Shown: piece after piece, positions 40,165 through 53,648 of the stretch
How positions within the stretch are numbered: the stretch's first letter is position 1
Layout: every line of letters starts with the position of its first letter
DNA from: Lingula anatina
Taxonomy: Eukaryota > Animalia > Brachiopoda
Reading direction: 5' to 3'
Assembly (NCBI GenBank): GCA_051362555.1
Contig: CM120640.1
Location: forward strand, 41,518,788-41,582,787
DNA length: 64,000 bases
Notes under the pieces: generated by a model
What the model was told of the DNA's origin: nothing
Databases searched by the model: none
The model's input: only the letters and a program-made list of their open reading frames with translations
Made by a program: the position numbers and the translations under genes

Positions 40165-41546
40165 GGCGCATGTTTATCAAATCTTTAACTTGAAAAAAAA
40201 CCTAAGCAAATAGAGCTAATGCTATCGCTAGACTCCGTTTTTCGCGCGAACAATAGTAATCTGAGATCACGTTACAAGAGCTGTAGTACTTATAACATTT
40301 TGATTTTTCAGAAGTATTCATTTCGGCTATGAGATATGAGCTGGAGAATAAGCCCTAGCATTTTCAACCTAAATGCTGGTATACCGCGAGGTACAGTTCT
40401 GGATGCATGTATGCACTTTCAAGGCCGACATGATGGCTTTTCCTTCAATAATTATCCCAATTTTTGACAAACACGACTTTACACATTTTCTCTAACTAGC
40501 CCTGCCTGGTTGCATTTATTTCTTGTTGTAGATTGTCCGATCGGCGTCCTGTAACACGACAGTGTTTTCAAACCATTTTTCGCTCGGCGAATGTGGACAA
40601 GACCGCCTGTGATGATGCTATTTTGTGCACATCCTATCTAGAGCGCATCCCTAACACTTGCCCCGACGTCAATTGACGTGGCCACTGATTGGTTGAGTCA
40701 TTAGGGCTTACTTGATTGCCAGTCAATCATTCTGACAGTGCTAGCGGTAACCCCTTGAAGTTACAAACTGGAGGTGAGATTGATACAAAAATAAGATTTT
40801 CTGACATCCAAATGCATGCAAACAAGCTAATTTCAACGGGCAATGGAGTACCCATCTTCGCAATCGTCAGTACGATAACAGGTAAAGCAGTCAACAATTT
40901 AATTTGCTATTTTGGAAAATTAACCTCCCTGAAAGGGTTTTTGCTCGTTTTCTTCGCTTTCAAGATTGACGAGATAGCGTTATCGGTTCGAGCTATAACT
41001 GTCTACCTGTACACCTGAAGGAGACCAAATTCACCATGCTTATTAAGAAAAGAATGCATTACAAGTGCTTTTTTAAATTTTTGATTGATCCTCTCTTTTC
41101 CAATTTATTGACTTTGAAAGTGAAAATTCCTTAATATTTTGATGTAATTTCACGTTTTTATAGATTAAATTAACAATAAGTCTCTAAAGAAAAATCCTTT
41201 TGTAGTACTTTTTTCAAGTGTTATAATTACATTAAAAGCATGTTTATAGCTGTCCTAGTGCCTGAGAAAATCAGACAACTAAAAATGGTGTTTTTCGCCC
41301 CAAAATCCCAATATTACGTCACACGATGATGTTGGAGCTGTGTTTCAAACATAATAAATGTTTTAAAGATACATTAATTGAATGTGACAGGAATAAAAAA
41401 GTTATTTTAAGAGAAAAAATCCACACCTTAAGTTGAAGGTTGGAGATAACTTGTAGCTTAATCGTAACGTGTGCGTCAGCAAAATGAATCGAGCGTAAAA
41501 TGGGATCAGGCAGTAACGCCCCATGATATAAGTAGCAACATGTGCC
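40165..41546. mobile_element. Possible Kolobok-like non-autonomous element
   Basis: aggcgcatgtt versus aacatgtgcct followed by taa. The TIR match is short and there is no TTAA at the left end. Confidence 0.3.
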
Positions 41547-42012
41547 TTAATGGAGACTACCCCTCTAAAGTAGAATTGAGCATGTGCAAAATGCGCATGT
41601 GCGTAAATAAGCTCTGGAGATTGTTGTCGCTATAAAATGGCGTTTGACTGCGCCAAACGTTTTTTTTTTACCATAAAATGTTTCCAACCTCAGCCAAAGT
41701 CTATAATTGCACACAATTCAGCTGTGTATAATGAACATTGTAAACCGTAAACGTACTTTTGCATTCCCCCTTTGTCATCTCCATGAAGTGCTAAGTAGGC
41801 CTATATAGCCTACTGGTAATAATTTATTACCTTTGCGCTGAAGTATGCGTCATTTTTAATTGTTAAAATATATGTTTTTAATCGTGTTAACGTGAAAGAA
41901 AAGCAGCAAATTTTAAATGCGTTTCTTGAACATTTGCTAGATCGTACCTTAACGTATCGAACCCCCACTCGACAGCCAACGTGCTCTTAATAGGGTAGTT
42001 CCATTTATCTAT

Positions 42013-42805
42013 TTAGGCCACACTTTTTAATTTTATTGATGACATCCTGCGCGCGCACCGATTTTCGTCCGTTCTCAGAAAAAAAACAAAAACAACAACG
42101 ACGTCGGTTGTCGCAAACATCGTTATTGAATTTTTATTGCCACGTGGAAATATGTCCGCTCTGCCGTCAAATTCATCTCTAGGATTACTTTCAAATTACA
42201 CGACAATTTAAGTCATAAAGAGAAGGGGGCTGTCGTTTTGCATTGGTATACCAATGATATTGGGCATGGAGATATCACCTTTTTACAATTGTACGAAAGG
42301 CTGGCGGCGGCCAGCGATTATCGCCCGGAAAATTTCAGTGACATTCTGCCATTCATTCAGTGACATACCAGTTTTTTTTGTAGTATTAAGCATTTCTTTA
42401 CATCATTTTTTTAACATTTCTGTGAAGTGTTCATAATGCTTTAATATTCTGAGAGTACAAATAAAGACACACTGTTTGTTTGATATTTGTTTTATTGATT
42501 GCTATACCAATAAAATGCATGAAATAACCTTTAATAGATTTGGTAATATGCAGCATATCTATTCATGACTTTTTTACCTTTCTACGAAGTATTGACAATG
42601 CTTTAATATACTGAGAGCATAGATAAAGACATATTGTTAGTTTGATACTTGTTTCTGTGGTAAATTTGTGTTTCCAGCTGTGTACTGACAGCATTCCTTT
42701 ACTTAAGCAGTAGGGCCTATTTTTTTTTTTTTTTTTGACTGTTTTTTTTTTCGCCCTCTCGCACCGATTTCGGGGTCCCCAGAAGATGTCATCCATAAAA
42801 AATTG
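42013..42805. mobile_element. TIR-type element immediately upstream of the plus-strand COMTD1 copy
   Basis: ttttattgatgacatc (~42032) is inverted to gatgtcatccataaaa (~42785). An internal ~60-bp direct repeat lies at 42435 and 42597. Confidence 0.5.
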
Positions 42806-42884
42806 ATAACTGATAATTGATTTATTTGTTTATTCGTTAATTATTTTTAAAAAGCAAACTGTTAGTTGCACCTCTTATTCCAGG

Positions 42885-45800
42885 ATGTCTGACTACTCCA
42901 AATGTCTGATGTATGCTAGTGCTGTTGGTGCCATCAGCTTGAGCCTAGCAGCGGGATACTGGAGAGGTATATTAACATTAAAGATTTTGTTTTACACAAA
43001 GGAGAATCTCGTACAAATCACTCAAACCCGCCGTAAGAATATATAAATGACGAGGTCAGATGACAAAAAGTTTTGGGTTGCCTCTCTGATTTAGTATAAA
43101 AGTGCGATGTCATAGACGTAATATCTTCCTGTGTATTGGACATACACACACCTCACAGCAGTAAAGTTTGTTTAGGCCTCGGTCAAAATCGGCCGTATGG
43201 ACTCTTACGGCCTGTTTGCGTCCAAATTTTCATGTTCTTCTTGCGAAATTTGGAGCCCGTAAGCACGTACGGAGAATTTTGGACATGTCCAAAAGATTCA
43301 ACGAATAATCTGCGAACAGCCAGGCCGCAAACGCACCTTGCAATTAACGCCCCTGCTCTCACGTGGACCTTGCCACTCGTAAGGCAGACTTGCGCTTTTC
43401 CATTGCAAACTTTCCTCTACCTCTACGCACTCCACGGCCTCCACTGCACCCAAAATTCGCAGGGGCCGTCCGATCCTAAAATCCGGCTGTGACCGAGGCT
43501 TTATGTGAATAATTAGCATACGACGAAATTATGCGAAAACCAGAGCTTCTCTTACCTCTACTGCACTTCACAGAGCTTACCATCTGGCTCTACTAAACAC
43601 TTTTTTGATTCCCTACGATTAATATAAATTCATTTGATATGGAAGTTACAAACTTACAAAATCGGAACTTAAAAAGGGGACCCTTGTTTTTGCTTTAAAT
43701 TAAGACTAAAAATTCCCTTTTCCGTTTTCAGGTCGCACGTCTTTACAACCCGATATAATCTTGGAAGGACTCATCAGTTTACGCAAGTCCCATCTTCATA
43801 AAGATAAAGTGACAAAATATATTGAAAATAATTCATTTCGTCTTCTCCAAGTGCAGTGGAAATTGATTGAGGTAGGGAACTTTTGACTTTTTTATTTAAA
43901 GATGCTAATGTCTTTACCATTCACCACTCTTTCTGAAATTCATTTTTACTTTTAAACATGGGTAAATCACGCTTTTAAAGGCTTTTAAAAAGATTGTGAG
44001 AACCAGGTTTCTCTATCTTTCTTTTTTCTTCATTTCAGGTTTTAAATATCAAATTTGATCATGATACCCAAACGGACTTTGCTCGTGTCATTTATAATTC
44101 TGAATTATATCTATTTTAGGAAACAATGAAACACCCAAGTGGCAAACTGCTGAGCTGCCCAGATGAACTACAACTTTTGCAAAATTTAGTTTCTCTAATA
44201 AAAGGAAGGAAAACATTGGACATTGGTAAATTTTAATTCCCTTACTTTTCAATACTTTCTTTCTCTGGTTGACCATTGGATGTTAAATTACATGTATATC
44301 ATTTAATCTATCTCCTGGGTTATATAATGGTCATTGTTTTGAATTTCAAGCAATCGTAAAGATATGGATTTTAAAACACCAGAAAACACATAGAAGCGAT
44401 CGCAAATGAGGTTTCTTTCTCCCTTTTAGGAGTGTTCACAGGTTACAGTGCATTGGCTATAGCTCTAGTACTTCCTGAGGATGGGAAGGTAGTGGCCTGT
44501 GATGTCAATGAGGAATTCGCAAGAATAGGGAAACCATTTTGGAAAGAGGTTGGGTAGACCACATGCTAATCTTTAACAAACAATTCGATAGGCGGGCACG
44601 CACGCACGCCCACACACAGAAATCCGCGTGCACGTGCAAAATGGGAATAGCGTCTGCCGTTTGTTTACTGTTTTGGGGATAGGACCCATAATGATATTAA
44701 AGATGCATACAAAGTCAATTTTTGCCACAAAAACCAACCAAATGTCAGAATATAGTTTAAAACAGTATAATTAAGAGAATTACCAAAAGACATTGTTTAA
44801 TATAACCCGAAAAATGATATTTGAATGGATTTTTTGCTAGCTTACTATCCTGTATATACATGGGGCAGAAAAGTAGGTCACATAAGTAGGTTAAATTTCT
44901 GACCAAAATTCAAAGAAAGGAGCAGTCTAAAGCTCTTTTATGGCTGATCGAGTGATTTATTCAGCTTATCCCTTGGCATGTCGAATTTATTTGAGTCGTA
45001 TAAGAAACTAGTTTGATGAGATGCACTACCAACCCCGCTGAGAAGTGGTTTATATGTGTTACTGGGAATCCACGTTCCATCGATGCCCGGTTCATATGTA
45101 CCTTTAACACTCAAAATTTGAAAAACAGAAAAGAGGGATAAGCTTGACTGTCATAATTTTTTTTAATCCTTTCAAAATGCGATAGATGTTCTTTTCCATA
45201 CGTTTTAGGAAAATCTAAATGGATTTCAGGATTTGTATTTTTTAACAACGCGTAGTGAATGCACCCTTAAAGACATCTAATTGTTTGATATAGTCTGTTT
45301 GGTGATTCTCGTGATACCAGTTTTATTTTTTGTCACAATTTTATTCACACGCAATTGTCCAATCATTTTCATTTTATTTACGAATAGCTCAGGAAGTAAA
45401 GCTTGCTACCTTGTTTTTTGTTATAGGCAGGAATAGATCATAAAATTGACCTCAGGATTGCACCAGCTGTGGAAACTCTTAGTAAGTAAGAGAAGAAATA
45501 CGTAAAAATAATAAAAAACCTTAGTAATATATTTCAAATTTGTTGAGAATGACCCAGATCTAGCTATTTAATTATGAACATCCGAGTTACCGGTACGCGT
45601 TATAGCTACGAAAACGTGTTGATGAGTAAATTTGTGGTATATCGTGAGTTAGCCGCACATTTTTATCATATAATAGAATTTGTAATTTCTATAAACTTTT
45701 TCCATGTACATCATAATATTTCACAAAAGAACTTCAAAATCTACAGTAACGTACCCATAACATTTACATGTACATGTACATACAAACAAGCCGACATACG

Positions 45801-46835
45801 AATCTCCGAAACGTATTCTCAGCGTAACTCGGGGTTACAACAAAAAGACTTATTACTCAATGCAATAATTCATGGGTGTTGGGCCTGGTTTGACTTTTCG
45901 TTTTAAAGGTTTGCAAATAGACTTGTCTTCTGCAGTTGTAATATTCATTTTAGACAAATTGGTGGATGCAGGAGAAGGTGGAACATATGATTTTGCTTTC
46001 ATTGATGCTGATAAGGAAAACTACTTGAAATACTATGAGCTTTGTATGACCTTGGTGCGGTCTGGTGGGATTATTGCTATCGATAACGTATGCATAATTT
46101 TTTTTTGTCGGTCAAATCCATAAAATGCTGGGACGCAATACCAGGCCTACACAACTACCAGACTCGGTACCGAATGATCCGAATTCACCACTACCCGTTT
46201 TCAAGGTGTGCGTCAGTGCGCATTTCACGGTATCATATCCCGGAACAAATTTTGAGATGAGATGCACTACCAACCCCGCTGAGAATTATCACTATCACAT
46301 CGCTTACTAGGCAACGGCGGTGTCGCGTCTGATACTTCGAAACGCGTACTGATACACACCTTGAAAGCGGGTATTGTGGTCCGATCTACCCGCGAATTCG
46401 GGATCATTCGGTGCCGAGTCTGTTAGTTGGGTAGGCCTGAATACAACTTGACCAGCAAAAGGAAATAAAGAGTTTTTGCTGTTTCAAGAAAAATCCTTTC
46501 AAGTCACTCATTTTAATAGATGTATTTTCCTCACATTGAAATCTTGTTGTTTGTTAGTTTATATCTTCTACGGGTGTTTAACTTTTGACTAGATGTTGCA
46601 TCTTGTCATCTTTTCTATTCAAACTTTCCAAATGCTCTTGAGTTTATTAATTAGATTGATAACCTACAATCATATTTCACAGGTTTTATGGGGAGACAGT
46701 GTTGCAGATCCTGAAGTAGTAGACGCAAGAACACTGGTGATACGTGAGCTGAATCAATACGTTTATGCTGACCAACGTGTGAACATCAGCATGTTAAATA
46801 TCGCAGATGGTGTGACTCTGTGTTTTAAGAAATAA
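42885..46835 (+). CDS. COMTD1: COMTD1-like class I SAM-dependent O-methyltransferase, duplicate copy (exons 42885-42966, 43732-43871, 44120-44225, 44430-44548, 45427-45481, 45954-46087, 46683-46835)
   Basis: Open frame across 7 exons: N-terminal hydrophobic anchor, KTLDIGVFTGYSAL, VVACDV, IDLRIAPAVETL, YDFAFIDADKENY, GGIIAIDNVLW, SMLNIADGVTLCFKK. Confidence 0.92.
43175..43500. mobile_element. PIF/Harbinger-like MITE with TTA TSD, in a COMTD1 intron
   Basis: tta|ggcctcggtca ... tgaccgaggct|tta. Confidence 0.75.
44701..45103. mobile_element. MITE family B with TTAA TSD (Kolobok-like AG termini), copy 1
   Basis: ttaa|agatgcata ... tatgtacct|ttaa. Reverse-complement homologue at 58875-59255. 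Confidence 0.85.
46142..46439. mobile_element. MITE family A, near-palindromic 298-bp copy, 5-bp TSD AATAC
   Basis: aatac|caggcctacacaact ... agttgggtaggcctg|aatac. Confidence 0.9.
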
Positions 46836-48699
46836 TAGATTAACTTTGAACATCAGTTGCCATATTTTGCTGTTTTGCGTTTTGTGCTTTGTAGTTGAGG
46901 CTAATTTTAAGATAAGATATGGAAGTGGACAACAATTTTACAGTCTGTAAATTGTTTCTTATGTGGATTGAACATGATTATGTTTTTGATGACGTCAAGG
47001 AGGCAATTATGTAGTTTTATCACATTGCAAATCTCCAAATATAAGATCTTATGCTATGCCAAATATATAACTATATTTCCTGTATCTACCGCTCAGTGTG
47101 ATAACAGAGCGAGCGCACAAGCTACCCGCTGAGGTAAAAAGTTTGAGATTTTATATAAAACAGGCTTAGTTTCTGTCTTTGTTTCTGTTACGATCTAGCA
47201 ACAGTAGCAAGAGTTCGGGTGTAGTCACACTCCCAAAATTGACAGCAGTTACTTATACGAAAATAGAATTTGGTGCGAAGATGACCCCGAACGTACCATG
47301 AAGTATCTTAACATACGATATCTACAGAAAGTTACACAATAGCACCCAAACCGCACAAGGAAGTAACATGGAAATAATAGAACTTTAAATAGTAGTTTCT
47401 ACCCGCAGGAATACAAGAAGAATACACGAAGTTACAGACCATTCTGCTCTGTAAAGGTGCTCAGGAGTGACTGACAGGAAGATGCTCTGAGGCTTGCTTG
47501 ATATATGTCCACGTTACCATGATGTTTGAGTTACTCTAGTTCGTTTTTGCCAACACCACGGTACCATGTGAATGTCGTCGCACATGTATTATTATACAAT
47601 GCCTACATGACGTTATTGAGAGGGTTTCACGTAATCTTCATAGGTTAATCGGTCAGCTTACAAGTACTTAAGGCGAAAAATACCTAATGATACCAAATTA
47701 TACCAGGTAAGAACGAAAATGACACGATATGAAAGATGTCTTAACGATTGGGAATGATTGGCCTAACAAAGGGGAAAATGGACACGAATTCAACATGAAA
47801 ATGAACCTTCACAAATTGCGGTCATACAACGACTTTTAACAGATGCCCACACGAACGAAGCGATGTTTTTACGATCAGAGACCGGGTGGGAATATAACTG
47901 CCTTTTGGTTGAAGATCTGGCTTTTCTTTTTGTTGTAGCAGATATTTCATCGTTGAATGATTTACTTATTTACTTAGGTGTCAAACCATTTCAAGCCTTG
48001 TACAGCATTTGAACTTTTTTAAATCTTTTTTTTTTCATAAATGGTGAGATATTTTAAGCCTTTAAATAGTTTAAAAGAGGAAGTTTTCATCGCGGATAAT
48101 ATACTTTTTAACATTCGGGGGAAAATATTTGAACACAAGGCGTTCCTCTTATTTGGATATTGCGGAATATCCAACGTGGCCTTTCCCCTCTTTTCCTACT
48201 TGCATCTCTTATCATTATTAAGGTAAAAAAGAAAAGCACATAATTTGCCATAGGAAAAAGTCTATAATTGTGTATCTATTGACATGTAGATGTAGATGCT
48301 GTAGATTACAATCAAAGGTATTGAAAATATTTTATTTTACCAGATAACACTTATTTACAGTATACACGTTTGTGAAATACAGTATATAGGATTGTGGAGA
48401 GAGTTGGAATTATTGAATCTAGCTACAGTGTACCCCTGTATGTGTTTATATTGTCACTATATTATTTGTGACGAAAAACTGAAAGTAGATTTTTCGAAGT
48501 GTTTGTTTAGCGCTTAATGCGAAAATGATGTTTACAGTCATGCTGACACACCTGACACACATCCTAATGATGATTGATGACGCTGATGAAGGTGGTAGTA
48601 GTGTCCTTATGGCATGTTATCTACCGCAAGGAAGGATCTCTGGTAGTACACCAAAAGGTCGAGCTCCGTCAGGAACACAGCGAGCAAACTGGGTCTGTA

Positions 48700-49265
48700 C
48701 GAAACTCTTCACGTTGAAGCACTGCTTTGTTTTGTGTTTTCCTTGAATCGCACAAGCTCCATAACAATATGTTGGAAAATTTTCCTGGTGCTTTGTCGCT
48801 TCTCTTCAAGTATGCCATAGAACTTTGGGCACAATTTGGTTCCTTGTAGGATGTCGAGAAAGGCTGGTTCTTTGCGAATGTGTATCTCAGATGACATGTT
48901 TCTTTTGAATCTCTTCACAGCGACATAATTATATTTCTAGCCAGGAAAAGAATTCCATAACGACCACTGCCTATTTGAACCAACTCTCCACGCTTGTCTC
49001 TTTCTATGACTATATGGTCTAATGGGCATATGTTCTCATATAATCTGTTGTTTTCAAGTTTTTTTTTAAAGACAAGTAGATGACGTGAAAAATGTGTCGT
49101 TTTGTTTCACGTGGGTGTGTGTGTGTGAGAGAGCGAGTGAATAGGGAAGAGCGCTTGTTTTTTTTTACTTACAGCTTGATAAAGGCGTTGCTTGTTAATC
49201 TGGTATCTTTGGTTTTGCTCCATAGGCAACCAGTCTGGATACATTTTAGGAACATAGACTTCATT
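48700..49265 (-). pseudogene. Frameshifted protein kinase remnant (N-lobe only recognisable)
   Basis: One frame gives ELVQIGSGRYGILFLAR (Gly-rich loop). A shifted frame continues YVAVKRFK...IRKEPAFL...CPKFYG...IVMELV and then stops. No convincing HRD or DFG motif. A GTAAGT...ACAG intron lies at ~49172-49046. Confidence 0.7.
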
Positions 49266-49371
49266 ATGGTCAGTAAAATCTGGCTCAAAACGGTTTGTTT
49301 GCACCACACCAAAACAGATATCCCTTAATTCGCCTTAACTCCTTCCAAAAACTTGTCTGCGCCTTAAAATG

Positions 49372-49720
49372 TAGTGGAGTGGCTTAGCGAAAAAATCGTG
49401 ACACGGCGGATAAAAGCACCAAATTTGACATGAAGTTACCTTTCGACATTCTAAATCAAATTAGAGCCGTAGCCCTCTGAAACAATTTACCTTTGGCTAA
49501 AAAAAATCCAAAATGGCCACCAATTTATGTAATTCTATAGAAATATATACATAACTATGTTGATTTTTATCAAATAAAGTATTTTCTCAGTGTTTTCCAC
49601 ATCCTTATTACCCATATTATACATATATGTCAGATAGCAAATAAGTTCCCTTGGACTTTTTGAAAAATCCAAGATGGCCGTCATATGCCATTGAAACAGC
49701 CATATAACTTGATATACACA
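49372..49720. repeat. Probable transposon fragment with repeated aaaatccaa(a/g)atggc motifs
   Basis: Motif at ~49503 and ~49664; boundaries uncertain. Confidence 0.35.
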
Positions 49721-50608
49721 CCACCCATTATGTTCACCAAATTTCTGTTCGATACTAAATAAGTGTATGCATATGTGCGCTTTTGTAAATGTATATGCAC
49801 ATGGACATCCGGATCATAAATACAGCAGGGGGCTTAATTGGCAAATTTCTATCATTCAGATGCACATTTTGCAGTCGGCAAAGATTGCAGTTCTGAAATG
49901 TTACCCACTATTTTATGTTGAAATATAAACTACAACAAAGTGAACTGTACTTGAAATGGCTCGTTATTGTTGAAAGAATTTTTATTGACGTTAAATGAAC
50001 AAAAATATTGAAATAAATCGAATTAAAAGGGTTTAACAAAAGGGAGGGGTGTTTCTTTCAATTGGAAAGAATGAACGGGAAAAATACAATGAAAAAATAA
50101 CTCATTTATATCAAGCGATTTTTGTGTCATTAAGACAGTTATCAAAGTACGAAGCCCATTCTCACTTATCCAATTTAGTTACAAGTTTGAAAATGTTAAG
50201 ATTTTAAAGTCCAGTTGATGTACCAAATGCTTACAGGAGTTGTTTTTGCTCGAACTGATATTATTTAGGAATTGTCATATATCAAAATGAAAAAGAACGT
50301 AAACAAGATATAATGGGGAACAATAATAACTATGATATTGGAGAGCAAAGATACGGCATTCAGCGAAAATAAAAGACAGTTAGATAAAGACCAGTTACTA
50401 AAGTAATACCTGCCAAGTTTCAAAGTTTAACATAAGCAACATATATTGAAAATGTTTCTTATACAGGTGATAGTTTCTGCATACTTAAATATGACACCTT
50501 ATATGGTAACAGATTTCTTTATGCATCTAATGGCAGCTCGTCATCCAAGTTTTTGCAGGTTTAAAAGATGGTCACTGTGCAATTTTTGAAAATCTAAAGA
50601 ACCACCCA

Positions 50609-50802
50609 CAGGCCTACCCAACTAACAGACTCGGCACCTAAAGATCCTGAATTAACCGCTATATCGGACCACACTACCCGTTTTCAAGGTGTGTGTCAGA
50701 TCGCATTTCGGAGTATCATACCCCAGAACAAATTTTGTAGGACGACTGGGGCTCATCCTGTCGGTGTTCTGACTGATACTCCAAAATGCGATCTGACACA
50801 CA
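50609..50802. mobile_element. MITE family A, truncated copy
   Basis: Left arm caggcctacccaactaacagactcggcac...cagaacaaattttgtag followed by a partial inverted arm. Confidence 0.8.
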
Positions 50803-52443
50803 GTACAGATTTTGAAAGAAGTTGATATGTTCTTTTGTAGACCTGAATGTCAACGAATGTCCTAAAAGATGACAAAAAGTTACAAATGAATTCAGAGAAA
50901 GATCACAATGTATGTTAATCATACAAAAAGATGTATCATTATCTATGAATGTACGAATATACGTAAAGAATTTTACAATTGATACAACACAAACTACATG
51001 TACACCAGAGGCTAAATATTAAAAGTGAAAATACTACGATATAGAAGATAAATTCCCAAATATACTGCAACTTGAAAGGAGAAGAGTTTAATTATAATAC
51101 AGCACTAATGCACAGGATGAACAATACAGTATGTCTTAGTTCAAGCATACTGAAATCGCAATGTGAAGAATGGGATCAAATTACATAGTTTGTAGTAAAC
51201 TTCGCATGAAGTTGTGCATTATATACACTGTAGTACCAATATTATGCCAAACATCCAGGTAATTGTGGTGCAGTACATAAAGGTTTCTATTTTTACCTTT
51301 ATATTAGAAAAGGACAGATACAGCATGTTTCCACCATTTATAAAAGTAAGAGTAACAACTTTAATATAAAACAAGATAACAATAACAGCTTAAATATTAA
51401 TATCTTTATTATAATTTTAAATCTACCCCTCCCACAACAAAAAGTAAGATTACTTTTGATAAAATTCATTTACAAAACAACTGACATCTGTGGCACACTT
51501 AAGCAACCAAATAAATCGTACAAAATAACACAAAATAAAAGTACTCGGTATGAAGTACATGTATGCTGTATACATAACATCCACCTTTCAGACTTAATGT
51601 GTCAAAAAAACTTCAACACACTTAGTTTCTATACTTAAGGATTCTTCAACTTTGAATATGAAGAGACATTTATAATCTCAAAATACATTATTGAAATGCC
51701 CGTGTTGTACATTGTAAAAAATTAAAGAAAATGTCATCAGTACATGATGAGAGTCACCTGAGGTAATTATGATAAAAATAACTGTGTATTATCACAGATT
51801 ATCAGATTTTTTGAAAGATACAGCTTCTTTTGAGTGTCTCTATTAGAATGTGAATAATTTAAAAGTACTGTGGAACTTAAAACACTAATACTAATCATTA
51901 CAAAAAGGACCAACACCTTGGTAAAAAGTATGTCAGAAAATTGTCAGAATACAAACTATGTGAGAATTGTTTCATAAATTCCTTTCTTATTTGAGCATAA
52001 AATTTTTAAATGCTGAATTGTTTTGATCACTTTTTATAAATATTATATGCAGTGCACCATGTCTCTGTATGTTGTATTAAAACTAAAGTTAAAATAACAA
52101 AAAAATTTGGAATCACTATTCTTAGCTAATAATCAAATAATACCCTAATTATAACTCTAGAATAAAGATACAAAAATAAAACCATTAAGACTTGAGCTAA
52201 TAAATATAGACTCTCCATTGTAGTGAATTAACAAATAAATTTGGTTTTAAATTTACTACAATCAATCAATGAAAGAGTTCATTCAAGTGTACAACATTGT
52301 CCTGACATAACATTAAAATCTGTACAAATAAGCATTGCTCCTTTAAGATTCCATATATACTGCTAAGATAACTACAGTATGTCTTAATCATATGGCACAA
52401 ATTGAAAATGATACTGCACCTTATGATTTATAAAATTAATCTT

Positions 52444-53617
52444 TTATTTCTTAAAACACAGGGTCACACCATCTGCAATATTTAACATACTGATGTTCAC
52501 ACGTTGGTCAGCATGAATATATTCATTCACTTCACGCATTGCCAAGGTTGATGGATTAACGTTTTCAGGGTCTGCGACACTGCCTCCCCATATAACCTGT
52601 GAAACATTTTAGTAATTAATCAATTATATCAAGAATGTATTACCATACTGGTATACTTATTGATAAAAGAACAGTTGAAGTGTTTATAACATATATGGCT
52701 GAATATAACTCTTCAGTTGTAGAGCAAGAAAATGTGCAAATAGGAGATTAATTTATGTGGATTGTAATATATGCGACAGTAACTTGTGACAGCTAGTGAC
52801 TTGCTGATATGATCCTGAAGGGCAAATGAAGAAAGAGAACCTTATCTGAAAGTTGTTTCAAAGTAGTTATGGAAAAAATGTGGCAGATTACCATATGCTT
52901 TCCTTGAGGATAGAATGAATACTTACCTATTCTTTAAAAAATCTTCAAACTGTATCTAAAACACGCTTAATACTTACATTATCTACTGCAATAATCCCAC
53001 CTAACCGCACCAAGATCATGCAAAGCTCATAGTATTTCAAGTAGTTTTCTTTATCAGCATCAATAAATGCAAAATCATATGTTCCACCTTCTCCAGCATC
53101 TACCAGTTTCTCTATAAAATAAATGTTATATATTTTCCTTTAAATTAAATGTTATATATTTTCCATTTAAATCTCCTACTAAAATTTGACGACTATTTTT
53201 TAAAATATGCCAAAGCAATGTTTTATTGTACACAAAAATATCAAATTAACTGTTGTCCATATAAACAATTTTCAGGGTTGAAAATATCACTTAAGCATAT
53301 TCCATTTCTCATTTCCATTAAACATCAATAATATTCAGACTTACGTAGTGTTTCCACAGCTGGTGCAATCCTAAGGTCAATTTTATGTTCCACTCCTGCC
53401 TAATAGCAAAAAATGTACAACAAGTTATTTACTAAAATTATCTTTAATATAATGTAAATAACAAAATACTAAAGTCTTTTTTCATACAAAAAAAGTGTCT
53501 GGCTCTAACTGCTATCACAAGTATCATCTCACAGTTTAAAAATCTAACAATACCCTCAGATAACCGACATTTTAATGAACTGCCATGGTAGTACATCTTA
53601 AAGCATGTGTGTGTGTG

Positions 53618-53648
<31 letters not shown>

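Noticed and set aside
43136-43519. 118-aa and 73-aa ORFs
   Set aside because: They lie within a TTA-flanked MITE in a COMTD1 intron and have no transposase motifs.
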